From: Antedon mediterranea
Lineage: Eukaryota > Animalia > Echinodermata
Direction: 5' to 3'
NCBI RefSeq assembly: GCF_964355755.1
Contig: NC_092675.1
Coordinates: 1,049,812 to 1,113,811, forward strand
Length of the DNA: 64,000 nucleotides
The position numbers and the translations under genes were made by a program. The notes beneath the pieces were generated by a model that saw nothing but the letters and a program-made list of their open reading frames with translations, was not told where the DNA came from and did no database searches. Each line of letters opens with the position of its first letter. Within the stretch, counting starts at the first letter, position 1. Of the stretch, positions 45,701 to 59,529 are shown piece by piece.

Positions 45701-48700
45701 TCGTCATAGTAGGCCTACGAGAAGTGAGTTTCCAATGATAATCATTTTTAATATGACACTGGACTGAAATACAAGTGTTCATATATCTGCTAGCTCTATA
45801 ATGTACCGTATTTATTTATTTTTATCAAAAAGTATGTACAATTTTGTTTGCAGCTCCAGCTCCAGATATGCTACACAAATTCGCTAAATTTGCCAACGCA
45901 GCAATTCCAGCAAGCAACAACATACTAATAGAAAACATGGATCCCGGAGCATGCGCATTAAGATGTATACGAGAGCAAAGCTTCACGTGCAGATCGTTTG
46001 ATTTTGACAAAACAAAAGAGAGATGCTGGTTAAGTGAAGAAAACTCACGATCGGTTTCCTTGAGTTTCAGTTATCGAGACAATCCTTACGATTATTATGA
46101 ACGAATTGATATAGGTATGTATTAATTAGTGTGACTTCTTGGTCAACATTTATATTTAAACTGAATATATGTGTGGAATAGAAGCGTAATGTGTTATTAT
46201 ATGATCTGATGAAACAAGGCTTGAATATTAACTCAGAATCAAATGCTTTACAGTTAACATTTCAATATATACAGTACATATAGTACTATGTATTTCCATA
46301 ATATTACTTCCCATTAACTTGTAAAGAAAATCTTCGTTTTATATTTATAACTGTAGTAAAGTTTCTGTCAGACTTTTATAAGTGACAATGACTTGCTGTT
46401 GGTATGGATAATTGAAATAACTAAAATAAAAACGTCATAATTACACATTGCCTTACATTATTTATGGATGATACAATTAGTAACAAACTTTTATATAACT
46501 TAACAATTTTCTTTTTTAGGACCTGTATCATCTTTTCAAATTGTACCCAATTCTGCGTTGCCAGGTCAGAATATGATAGAATATCGCAATACTATGCTAG
46601 AAAAGTGTGCTGAACTTTGCCTCGCTGCTGCGTTTCAATGCGCATCTTTTGACTTCTCACGTAAAACAAGCCAGTGTTGGTTAAGCAGTGCAAATCGTAC
46701 AACGGCGAGTGTGCCACTACGGAGTGATTATCCGGACAACCCGTATGATTATTACGAACGCAAAGGAACATGTTTGTATTACTTTTAGCATTATTTTTAT
46801 ACTATTATAACAAACTCATATTCAATAGTTGGATGGAAATCTACCGTATCTAATACGATATACACCTTAGTTTCTCCAACTTTTCCAAACTGCTGATTTT
46901 CTAAATGACTTTGAAAACAAGATGAGATGCGCCTTTAGTGCAGCGCATATACATCTGAATCCCAAAGGTATAAAGTATACATGTAAATCATTTGTAAGGC
47001 ATTGGAGTTTAGTGCAATGATTCATCATTTCTTTAATTCATTCCGTAAATAGGCCTACATAATTAACATATAATTTAAAATTTGTTTTCTTGCAAATATA
47101 TAATATTTTATACTACCTATACCTATTGGATAATGCAAAGACTAACCATAAGAAAGAACAAAAGTGACGCACCAACATAAGTACAAGTCCTTACCAATCC
47201 AAGAGGATCATACAAGTTATATACACAAATGTACTAAATAAAATAACTAATTTATGCATTGATCTTTCAGCTGCTCGCGAGTGCGTTGTTGGAAAAGGAG
47301 AATTATACAGAGGAAAGGCATCTATGACTGGTGGAGGACAAAGATGCGCCAACTGGCAGGATGTTGGCAATGCAGTAGACGTCAATCCTACAACATTTCC
47401 AAATACAGGTAATTCATGTTTTTGTATTACTTTAGGCAGTACAAATCAAATAAACGTTTGCATTTATCATTGTAATAAAATAAGGGTTAAGGTTTTAACT
47501 TTCAGTACAGAAAATTCAGTGACAAATAGCGAAGATTGATACAGTATATAAATGACAGATTTATTGATATGATAGCCAATCATAGCATTCTTCAATAACA
47601 CTAACATGTCCATTATTTTAATTCATGTTGCGAGTTATTATATTGAGAAAGTCCTTATTCACATCCTTTAAACGTATGTTAAACTTGCAGGACTTGGTGA
47701 CCATAATTTTTGTCGAAATCCTGATGGCGATGAAAAACCGTGGTGTTACTACTATGTGTCTTCGAGTTCTATTGCTGGTTTGCAGATCGTGAGTGGTTGG
47801 GATTATTGTAGTGTTTCTGCTTGTGGAGATCCAACAGGAAAGCCTAATATATTAACTCCTACTCAAGATATTAGTAAGTAACTGTCAATTATACATTTGT
47901 ATACACACACCTTCGTAGAAATTCCAATATTGAAAATGGCGAAACTTTTGTAATGTAATCACGAATTCGGGAATTTGAGACGGAACTTTTCTACACCCAC
48001 CATGACCAATATTTGTTAAATGTTGTTAAAAAATAAACAAAAAGCTACATTTACTGCTTGTTTCGAGTCATAAAGCATCGTAAAACTTTCCTATTTTTTA
48101 AACGTAGAATTATTATCGCTTGGCAAGACAACTGGACAAAGCAGTACAACGTCTTGGTCTTCCATTATTGGAAGTTCGGATAAGGCCGTGGATGGTAACT
48201 TGTCTCCTAACTACTATGAGGGTAGCTGTACACATACAGGTACGTCAATCCAGTTGAGTACATGTGCGAATATTTAAGCAATCAAGTGGGATATATTGAA
48301 ATAATATATAAACGTTTGCTATACTGTATATGGACAATGAAAGCAGGAACGCGTGCGGAGTTAGTAATATGCATGTACGTCTACTTAAATCAAGAATTTG
48401 ACCAAAAAGAAAATTAATTTGTCGAAGTAACAAATGTAGATGTGGAGTAATATGTGATTCTTATTATAGATCTTGAGCCGGAACCATATTGGTATGTTGA
48501 TCTCGGTGCTGAATTTAACATTGAACATGTTACAATTGTTAATAGAGCGACAAACGGTAAGAAAATACTCGTTTGGTTTTATATTCCTTCCTCATCACCA
48601 TCAAAGAGGAACGTAAAGTTTGGATCTTTCGTGTTCTTTCGAAGTTCTTTCCTCAGCGATACAAACTTGTGACTTGTTACATCCCATGATGAACATAACA

Positions 48701-51700
48701 ATTCTATATTTTGTATATATGTCTATTATTACAGGCAACCGTTTAATTAACGCACAGGTTAGTGTAAGTAGGCAATCGGCACCAACAACCTTCCAGAGTT
48801 GTGGCAGCCCTATCACCACATCAATGTACGAAGAGAGTCAACAGGATTCCTCAAGAGTCATTACCATTCAATGTGGAAGTTTGCTTCGGGGTCGTTACGT
48901 CACTGTAAAATTAGTTGATACGCAGAATTATCTATCTCTATGTGAAGTCAGCGTCTATGGATATAGCATTTCAGGTACAGTATGATGAATTTTGAAATGG
49001 TTCATTCATTTCTTTAAATTAATTCTTTATTATATATATACATCTTTAACTATATGTATACTAATAGGCGTTACAAAGAATATGCGGGTGCTACGTGTAT
49101 AGAGAGAGAGACAACATACTGCATCGAAATCAACTTAATCATGAATACAAAGATACTATGAATGGTATACAATTGTATGGAATATAATACAGTACTTTAT
49201 GATTTCCATAATTATGCGATAATAACATGTATATATATATTATAAATTATTTAGGAAACCAAGTTGTACCTACGCTAGCAGCTACAACCCCATCGCCCAC
49301 ATGTAGTACAACCGAGTTCCGTTGCAACGATGATCAAAGGTAGGTTAAAAGAACATATGTAAATATTATTTAAAAAATCAAATATTAAATGTAATTAGTC
49401 AAAACAACTTTAGACCAACATCTGAATGAAACCGTGTAGTGTAAGATGTAAGATCTACAAGAGACAGCAACCTGGTGTCACTATCCAAACATCTCAGTCG
49501 ACAATTCTTAACCTTGAACTTCGTGTTTATCGGATGGACATACGATATCTCCCATCATGCCAAAAAAATACAAAAAAAAATATTTCTCACCATAACGGAA
49601 CACATTAATCCAGCAAGCTGCCTGTACAGACCAAATTCAACTGAGGGAGGAGTAAAGATTCCTTTTGATAAACCCCTTCGGTTTTACTAATATCTGATTG
49701 TGATTTGTAGGTGTATTCCATTATCGTGGAAGTGTAATGGGGATGATAACTGTGCAGATAGAAGTGATGAAGATGGATGCGGTAAGACGAATAAATCACA
49801 CCTTTCTATTAATCTCTGCTTAGTTCATCGTTTTACTTTATCTCAGTATGAGCAGGGAAGAGTTAAATTACTTCCCTGGTATCAGCTATTCTTACTCTCT
49901 ATGGTATTAGTAAATCTTTCTCAGTCACATCATCATTATTTGAAGTGTGTATTAAGAATTCTTAAAATCACATTTTATTGTTAGTTATAAACTAAAAATA
50001 TCTATGGGATTTAAAAAAAAATCTAATTTATATATTTGACCTATAGTGAACCCGTTAGATGACTTTCGAGGTTTTGAAAATCAGCAATTACCGAAGGCTA
50101 GATCAGAAGAGGAATATATGCGCGTGAGTGAGTGGGAATGTGCGCAGAAATGTATCGAGACTGAATCGTTTGTGTGTCGCTCTTTTGACTATAAATCAAC
50201 CACAATGGATTGCTACCTGTTTTCACAAAATAGAGCTTTGAGAGGAGGGTTGATTGATGCTAATGGCTACACTCATTATGAAAGAAGTTCACAAACAAGT
50301 AAGACTTTCCCACCTCCTGATGAGATATTTTATATAGCCATTTTAGATATACTGATGTATATACTAAACTGTATTGTAAACATTCTTCTTATATGCATTG
50401 TTACGTTTATTTACTATAACCTTGAGTTTTCTAAATTCAAGAAAATAATGGAAAAAAAAAAGAGAGTAATATGTCAATATGTATTTGTAATAATTATGAT
50501 GAACGAATAAATGTGGTAGATTACACCGCAAAAAAAGCAAAGCTCTGGAAGGGTCATAGTTCAGTAATTGATTAAACGTCATTTATGCGTGACGACACAA
50601 TAAACATTAAGTCAACAATTGGTGGTTAACAATCATACCATCAATCTTTGGTCTAAATAATTTGTTTGCTGTTTGATAAATGCCAGAAAAAAACAATTAT
50701 ATACCAGGATCTCCTATATTTTTTCATGGTGTATGTTTATAATCTAAAGCTGTCTACACTATCAAACTAGTTTACATATGGTAGTGATATGGCATCATCA
50801 TGTCCAATGGACATGATGATGTCACAAAGTTTGATAGTGTGGACTTAAACTTAATGAAGATTATTGTTCTCATTATTTCAGGTGACTGTGATGATGCAGA
50901 CCATCATCCGTGTCCTTCTGGTCTATGCATCCCGATGAGATGGCTCTGTGATGGCGATAACGACTGTAACGATTTCAGTGACGAATCAAATTGTGGTAAG
51001 GGATTATGTCATTCTTACCGCAGTAACTATATATTGTTTACTCTTTGACCCGTTATAATTATTATGCAATATATTTACAAACAAGCGTTCCTTGGGTAAC
51101 TACACACACGCTGTGCATGTGTGATATATTTTTTTTATAAATGTTGTATTTCTTTTGTTTGTTATGTGCAATATAGACCCCTTTGGAAAAGGTGTATCCC
51201 TGGACCTGATGCTCGTTATTTTGTCTCTATGTAATTTTAATGATGAGCATCAAATAAATTCAATCAAAAAAATGCAATCAATCTGTGTATTGCAGTGAAA
51301 GCCTCAAACTTCTATAATGAAAATAACTATCATATACATTACTGCAGTAAAACATGTAGTTCCTGCAGCAACTGCAGTAGAATAATTTTGACATAATCTA
51401 AAGATTTTGAGAAAGTTTAATAATCCATGATTTATGCAATTTCCAACAATTCCTCATGTTTTAATTGTTAAATAATTTAAACCTTCATAGGCACAACGGC
51501 CCCGTTTGAGGTACGCATTGTTGACGGTACATCAGAGAGTGAGGGACGAGTTGAGGTACGCTGGATGGGGGTGTGGGGTATAATTTGTGATGATAGATGG
51601 GATTTGACGGATGCTAATGTGGTTTGCAAGCAACTAGGCTATTCAAGGTAAATACAATAATTGTCATCATCTAGAAATACGAACTGACATCAATAATGTA

Positions 51701-54700
51701 AAACGTACAACAAGTCAACAGAATGTGTTGATATGAAGTAATTTAAACTATTTAAGATGTTAACATATCTAATTGAAGAAAGGTTACGAGAGAATGTACA
51801 AAACAGTTTTATATTCATAATATTACATAAACAGTTGTATGATTGTGTTTATTGATATTATAAAGGGGTGCCTCGAAGGCGACAGCTATGGCGGAGTTTG
51901 GTTCTGGAGGAGGTAACATCATTCTAGATGAGGTAAAGTGTACAGGCTCAGAAACCTCTTTGGCAGAGTGTCCAAATGCCGGTTGGGGAACACATGATTG
52001 TGTTAAAGGAGAGGCTGCTGGAGTTGTTTGCCTTATGGATTCTGGTAAGATTGTAATCATATATTAAGATGAGATAAACATTAATCATCCCCTTTGGACA
52101 AATTAGACACATCAAAAAGACACAGATACAATAAATATTGAGAATTATATATATTTGTATATCAAAAACTTCACGTTGAGATAGATTAAACAATGCCTGG
52201 TATCAGTATCTTTTATTTTAAAATACGACTGCTCCATCAAATCAAAGATCGAGATTTGAATTTAATTTAACTTTCTTTTTATAGGCTGCCTTGAAGGGGA
52301 GTTTAGGTGTGGAAACGATAGGTGTATTCCAGGATCTGAACAATGCGATGGATCTATGCAATGTGTAGATGGCAGTGATGAAATGGGCTGTCCCACTGGT
52401 ATGCTTTTCTTCCTTCTTTTTTTCTTCTTTCTTTTTTTCTTCTTTCTTTTTGTCTTCTGTGCTAAATCATTGGAATATTTTAGAATACTTCGATATTAAA
52501 TACTTCAGTTAGAGTGTTTGGTTTATTAACTAATTACGCGTTAGTGCCGATTTGTGTGGATTCATTTTCATGGTTTTGTTAGTTTGAAATAAACGTCAAG
52601 TCACCAGTTGACTTCATGGAGAAATGACGTAAGGAATATTGCGCACAGTACCAGTAACGTAGTGGAAAATCGTGCTGTACCCTTCATTGTCTGTACTTTC
52701 ACACTAAACTAATTAACCAATTTCAGACGATAAAAATAAACGATTGTCTTTTTAGAAAAACCAGTAGAGTTACCACTTCGACTTGTTGGTGGAAGTAACG
52801 AAAAGGAGGGCCGGTTGGAAGTACTTTATGAAGGAACCTGGGGAACTGTCTGTGATGATTTGTTTGATAAAAAAGCAGCTGAAGTTGTATGTAGAAAACT
52901 TGGCTTTAGGTTTGTACATTTCTTTACGGCGATACAAGAACTAGTTTTATGTCATATTAATTCATTGTGCACATGCGTCATTGGGACATTGTCAGATGCC
53001 TGCTCACTCAATTCCTCCAGTGAGGAAATGTTTAGGTCCAGACGACGACAACCAACGACATAGCTACTGTATCTTTCATCATCTATCTTGGCAAAACACA
53101 GATATGACTTTGTATTTACTTTTATGCTATTTGAACATCATAGTTTCATTTACTTTTAGTTTAATTAAAAAAAGGAAAAAGTAAGTAAATACAAGATTCA
53201 TTAAAGCATGTTTTTATTTGATGAACAGTGGTGATGTTGACGTCATCCCGACTGCTACGTTTGGAGAAGGAGTCGGTCAGATTATACTCGATGACGTCAT
53301 CTGTGAAGGCAATGAAAACGATCTTAATGAGTGTGACCATGCCCCATTAAAAGGACACAATTGCGCTCACAGCGAAGACGTAGGTGTTCGATGTGGAATC
53401 GAAATGGTCACAATAGGTAAGACACGGCAAACATTATTAACAGACTTTTGTTCAAACTAATCATCCGAAACATTTACAATAATAATACATATAGTATTAT
53501 TGGCTTTGAAAAGTTGAATCCAAATTCACAAAGAAGCACTTATTACAAATGTGGAGGAACAATGTTTTGAGATACAATTTGTCCGTATGTTTTCAGAACC
53601 AAACACTTGTGGCGTCAAGATGGCTACCTCTGGCATCAATGCTCGCATCATTGGTGGGACATCAGCGAAGCGAGGGAGTTGGCCTTGGCAAGTACAACTG
53701 ATACTGAAAGGGGGTGGAGGTCACTATTGTGGTGGCACCCTAATATCAGAAGACTACGTGATCAGTGCGGCTCACTGCTTCACAAGGTATGCTCTCTAGT
53801 CAAACAGGACCTACTGTGAAGCTCTGTCTACAGACAGAGCTTTAATATCATATTTTGATCTTTTTTTATGTAAACCGTTTTATTAATGTTCAACACAAGA
53901 TGTTTGTTATTTTCCCATTCAATTCCGTTGTGGTTGAATTAACCTTTAATTATATAAAAGAGTACATCAATTAGAATATCTTTGTATCCATGATACAATT
54001 TGGAAACTATAGGAAAAGCCAACGTCAAACAAACATAACTATCTTTCTAAAACTTAAAATATGGAACTACAGAAATAACAATCATCAATGAAAGACTACT
54101 AAATTGTTTTCTTCAATTCAAGATACACAAAAGAACTGTTTACAGTTCGTCTTGGAGAACATGATCAAGGCATCAATGAAGGAAGTGAACAATCGTTTGA
54201 CATTGAATGTCTTTTTCTTCACCCGAAATACGACTCGGACACCACCAACAATGACATTGCCGTTTTGAAGTTAAAACGAAAGTCCAACGGTGGTGCTCAG
54301 TTTGGACCGTATGTAATGCCAGCTTGTTTACCATGGCCTACTAATGGCACAGCACAGTTTCCCAGTGGCCATGTCTGCTGGACTTCTGGATGGGGGAATA
54401 CAGGTAATTATGCTTTAATTGTTATACATGTATTTTAATAAAGACAAAGAAAAACAAGTTTGTTCATTAAAAAAAAAAGTAGAACAAGCCAAATATTATA
54501 TTATTAATATTATAATTATTAATATATAATTATTGCTATAGGTGGCGACTATCCACGCATTCTACAAGAAGCCCGTATACCTTTACTTCCACGTTCCGAG
54601 TGCAAGAGTCAGAAAGTTTATGGAAAAAAGTTGACAGCGAAGATGTTCTGCGCAGGATATCTGAAAGGTGGCATCGACTCTTGTGATGGCGATAGTGGTG

Positions 54701-54858
54701 GACCTTTAGTATGTGAACGCAATGGAGTATGGACACTGTATGGTGTGACATCATGGGGCTACGGCTGTGCTCAAGCTAATGCTCCCGGTGTGTATGCCAG
54801 GGTATCTGAATATATTAACTGGATTAACCAAAAAAAGAATTCCAGAGTGTGTGAATAA
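41942..54858 (+). CDS. Secreted mosaic trypsin-like serine protease (neurotrypsin/Tequila-like): SP, Pro/Arg-rich, SRCR, PAN x2, kringle, F-type lectin, LDLa, PAN, LDLa, SRCR, LDLa, SRCR, trypsin; ~25 exons
   Basis: Signal peptide [17 protein letters not shown]|FVDA (41942-41992, 43785-43815). [26 protein letters not shown] (45039-); PAN CRSFDF (45854-, 46521-, 50047-); kringle [16 protein letters not shown] (47691-); F-lectin [27 protein letters not shown] (48109-48974); LDLa [20 protein letters not shown]. Activation site R|IIGG; triad SAAHC, NDIAVL, GDSGGP with S1 Asp (GIDSC). Confidence 0.88.
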
Positions 54859-55731
54859 ATGTGTACATGTGTTATACTGTACTGTATTAATATTATTATG
54901 TGTGTGTATCTCGTTTGCATTCAACTATAGTTAGTTACAATATTCTTGAATGAGATTTAGCATTCTAACTGATAAATTGGGTATAATGAAAGCTCTTGTT
55001 TACCAAAATGGTGTTCATCAACAACGAGGCTGTAGTAGAACATTTTATTATTTTGTAGTTGTATTTTTATTTATCAAGTTGTTCCACAAGGATCAGAAAC
55101 ATTTTGTTCCTTTTTGGTGTTCTTTTTTAGTGTTTGTCTTATCTTACACCGTTTATTATTCCACTTTCTATGTTGGCAGATTACCATAAAGTTAAATGGT
55201 CTCATATTGTTCATAAACTCTATTTTTATATATTTACTCTAATAAAAAATGTTTAAAGAAAGTGACTGGGAACATTTCATTTTGTCCTTGTCCAATAGGC
55301 ACTTTACAAAACATGACGGTTAGGGGAGGACGACGAATATCCTGTGTTCACTAGAGCGTAAAATCGAATACAGTCAAAATAGCCGTTTTATTAACTACGC
55401 ACCCTTGCGCGAAGGGCAACGACCGACAGTATCTCTCTCCCTCCCCCCTGTCTCGCAGCGTAGGCCCTTCTGAATCGCTTGGCTCTGGTGGAACAGTAAC
55501 AATTAAATTGAGTTCTCTTTCCAAAGAATTTTAAATTCAGAGTCATTTTCATAGACGATGAGAATAATTTCAGCATACACAAACAATAGAATACGCAAAT
55601 CTTTACTACATTCTCTCAGTAATATTTATAATACAAATGATAATGAGAATTGAACTGAATGATCTTCACACCAACAATGTTCTCTGTAAACATTATTTGA
55701 GCAAAGGCTCCTGACCGTTATATACATTGCC

Positions 55732-58700
55732 TTAAAAATATTTTTTTGATTGAAATCGAATTTTAAATATCTGATGCATTTCTTTGAGAGGATATTTCAT
55801 TTCACTTGGTACAAGTGGAATATAAAGCAATCGTCTTACATATGGAATCCTAAGAAGAAAGAAGTACACAAGTCCACATAGACTAGACACGGTCCAGTAT
55901 AACGTGATAGCCTGAAAAACACAAACAGATTTGTTTGTTGGGACTAGTAGGTGCAAACACAGTTAACATAAGATGAACTTCAGTTGATTCAGTCACAAAA
56001 ACGTTCAATATCGAATGCAAATACATGAAATTATCAGTGGCGGATCCAGCATTATAGATTAGGGGGGAGGGGGAGGCTACATAATTCATAAATAATAAAA
56101 ACGATCTGTCGGAGTGCAGAAAAAATAATTATCATTATCATTATTTTAAAAAGACATGGCTGTTTAGCTCCTGCCTAACTCTGCGCCTGATTATACACTA
56201 AAATAAATAAAAAAATGACTTACTGAAGGCATTAACATAGCTGTGGGTACCAGGCCGATGGAAAGTGAAAACAATAAATATTGCAAACGGTGTTGAATTC
56301 TTGTAAGAGGGCCACGACGTAATGACCATAGCTGGTGAAAATAAGAAACAAAATCCAGCTATGTAATATTTATAGAAGGAATTAAAACCAATTGATGGGT
56401 TATTCATGTAGATAGAAATGTATCCAGACATGGTAAAGAGTAAGGTAGTGTGTCTGTGGATTATTGGTTGTGAGAAATACAATTACTTTGTTTGTTTACA
56501 TCATTCATCATCAACTAAGAAAATTAGGCCCTCTACGGACCAATGGCAGCGACAGTGCAGAACCTACCATGAATGACAGGGGCTAAGATGGACCGGTAAA
56601 TAGGAGAACCTCCTACTCTTCCAAAAGATGCGCTGGGTTCTTTAAAGTGCACACAAATTAGACATGTACACTGGACGCCTATTATGTCCTTATCCAAGAG
56701 GCCTTGTTAAACCATCAGAACAATAATAATACAGAACAACTGTACATTACACAATAATAATAGCAATAATAGGTACATTTATATTGTAGGTACAAAAAAG
56801 GAGGCTTACCAGCACTAACGATACATTTGAAACTCCAAATAAAAAAGGTAAAATAAAATCTGATTGAACTAGGTCTTGGAACCACAGTGTACCTCCTGTT
56901 AGCAAACTTGGTAAAAAATCAATATCCACTTCTGAAAAATTCAAATTTTATTACGACCAATTAAAGTTAAGCTTTAAAAAAATGCATAGTTTGCTTTAAG
57001 AAGTATCCTCAGTATAAATTAAATACTGTACCTGTTCCAAATAAACTGGGATATACACCAGTCATTTGTCCAATAGCTGTTGTCACAGTAACCCAAGATG
57101 CAACCTGTGCTATCGAAACATAACACATTCGAAATGGTCTGCAGTTTTCTCTCTTGTGAACTTTTTTGACAAACGCAGAAATCTGCAAGGCATAGTAAAA
57201 TGAAATGATAACACTGTAATTATCTAAATTGATGGTGAGATTCAAGTTCAATGGCATAATGATAATACCCAAGAAATTTAGTAAAATCTAGGAGAACAGC
57301 ATAAAATAGAGTCAGAGAGGCGCGGACTCTGCAGTGGGTTGAAAACGACTGGTAATGATGATGATCATCTAATTATAGGAGTATGTTTCCATACGTGTTT
57401 GATCCCAAAAAATGACTGGGGTAATAAAGTTCAGTGCTTGGAGGTTTCACAACATTAGGCGCTAAAGAAATCCAGGATATTATTTATAATTAATTGTAGA
57501 TCTGTAACTGTGTTGGGTGGAGTAGGCTGGGATACACACCTTCATTCAGTCACTGCTAAATAGTATAAATAACATAATTAACATAATTATTGAATTTTAT
57601 TTGGTTCATACATAAATACATTAAAAAAAGACGATAAACAGTACATCAAATTCAAAAGACAACACCAGAAAAGTACAACAAAACAGAAGGTGTTAAACAA
57701 TGGAAACAGAACAAAATGAACCAAGGATAATTAGATAAAGTTTCACGTTTTCAGTGTAACTTATTTCCATCTAAGTCCTTATTGACCATGGTTTTCTATA
57801 CAAAAAAAAAAAAAATTTACCTGCTCGCTGTAAACATCTGCCATTTGTCTTTGCGACCAGCCAGATTCTTTTGCACGAACCGCAGTCTGTTGTTTTAAAT
57901 GTTCTGCATATGTGTTAATCTCAATTTGTGTAGATTCAATTTTAGCCATCACTTTTTGTTGCAAAACAGCAAATGGCAAAATAAAAAAAGTTCTAAGCAT
58001 TACTGTGGAAGCTATGATTGTTAACCACCAGGGAATGCCATAGCCATCATGCAATTTCTCCAACAGTTCATAGAATGTTTCCACAGGTGTAGGAATATAT
58101 ATATTGTCCACTACTTTATCAGTAACTTCCACTTTGAATCCACGTGTACATGCTGTTAATGGTAGTTTTCTATACAGCAATGTATTGTTTTTTAATGTTA
58201 AACTGTGGAATGATGACTTCCGTAATATTGCAGTGTTTCGTATGAGAAAGCTACGGTTACTTGTACAGCTAGTAATGTATTTAAATTGCACAGAATTTAT
58301 CTGGAATTTAAAGAATAAAACTTATATTTGATCTTCAATATTATATTACATTTAAAAAGTTGGAAGACTTCAATTGTACAGTGGGATAGTTACTGTATGT
58401 ACAGTGTATAATATTGTAGCAGATCCAGGGAGAAGAAAGGGTGAGTGCTACTCCCTTTTGATAGCTAAAATTATATTATGAACTACATTTTGACATGTTT
58501 TTTTGGCTATTAAATATTATATGTTAGTGCTCCCTTGTTTAAAAAAAAATCCTGGAATTTCCACCGTATCAAAAATGTCGAGTTTAGATAGTTAAAATAA
58601 TATTATTAGTGTATGTGGTGTGCCTGTCATTTCATGTCCCTTCTTCCAAGCATACAGTATCTTTCTCAGCTGTATTTATTTACGCTGTGGCTAAAGATAC

Positions 58701-59529
58701 GGTACCGTATTCTAACTTCTGTTTACTAAAGGTACCGTAAAATTGCATTACGTCATAACCAGCCAATGGGGGTGCTGGTACGTGTGTGACGTCATCGTAT
58801 AAGGACTTTTGATTTTTTTTCATATCGCGTCTGTTGTATCATGATGTAGAGAATTCCTGTCGGCGGCGCCAGGCTGCATGGGTGTGTGTGCGCTGATGAA
58901 GGTTTTATTCCAAATGGCCTTTAGGCCTATATTTTTTATTAAACTTTGTTTACAATGGTGACCATAAACAACAAGCAAATGCGGACAATAAAGGGGCCCT
59001 CAAATACTATAATTTTTAGACAGTAGCCCCAGGTCTGATTCACAGAAATCAGCGCACAAATGCAGCTGGCGCCAGCCTGGCATCGCTTTCCCTACACAAA
59101 CAAACTCATATAATGAGGTTATAGTACGTAGTAAGTAGGCCTAGGCCTCTTTTGAAACGGTTTTTTGTATTCTAGAATTAAAATCAACATGTTTTGGCTT
59201 TTCAATAATAATAATAACAGACATAGGCTACATTTAGTTTTTGTCACACATGACGGCGATAATAGCGATAAATGAAGCATAAAGAAAATGCGGTGGATCA
59301 CTGTTTTCGCGATATGAAAAAATCCAAAGTCCTTATACGATGACGTCACACACGTACCAGCACCCCATTGGCTGGTTATGATGTAATGCAATTTTACCGT
59401 ACCTTTAGTAAACAGAAGGTAGAATACGGTACCGTATCTTTAGCCACGGCGATTTATTTATCAGTTTGATTATTACAGACAGGCACTTACCTGTTTTACA
59501 CATCCGTGGAACAATTTTAAAGCACTCAT
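55732..59529 (-). CDS. COX18: Mitochondrial inner-membrane insertase COX18 (Oxa1/YidC family), 6 coding exons
   Basis: Exons 59529-59491, 58300-57821, ~57183-57031, ~56931-56810, ~56331-56224, ~55911-55732. Basic presequence-like N-terminus, LHDGYGIPWWLTIIASTVMLR, ENCRPF, GGTLWFQDL, LYWTVSS, LLRIPYVRRLLYIP. Confidence 0.85.
58683..59451. mobile_element. Mutator-like MITE with ~145-bp TIRs in COX18 intron 1
   Basis: CGCTGTGGCTAAAGATACGGTACCGTATTC...CATATCGCG with its reverse complement at 59308-59451; perfect 9-bp TSD ATTTATTTA (58674-58682 / 59452-59460). Confidence 0.9.

Noticed and set aside
55312-55722. Possible TIR element between the protease and COX18 3' ends
   Set aside because: Only a short imperfect inverted match (CATGACGGTTAGG / CCTGACCGTTATA) and no convincing TSD.
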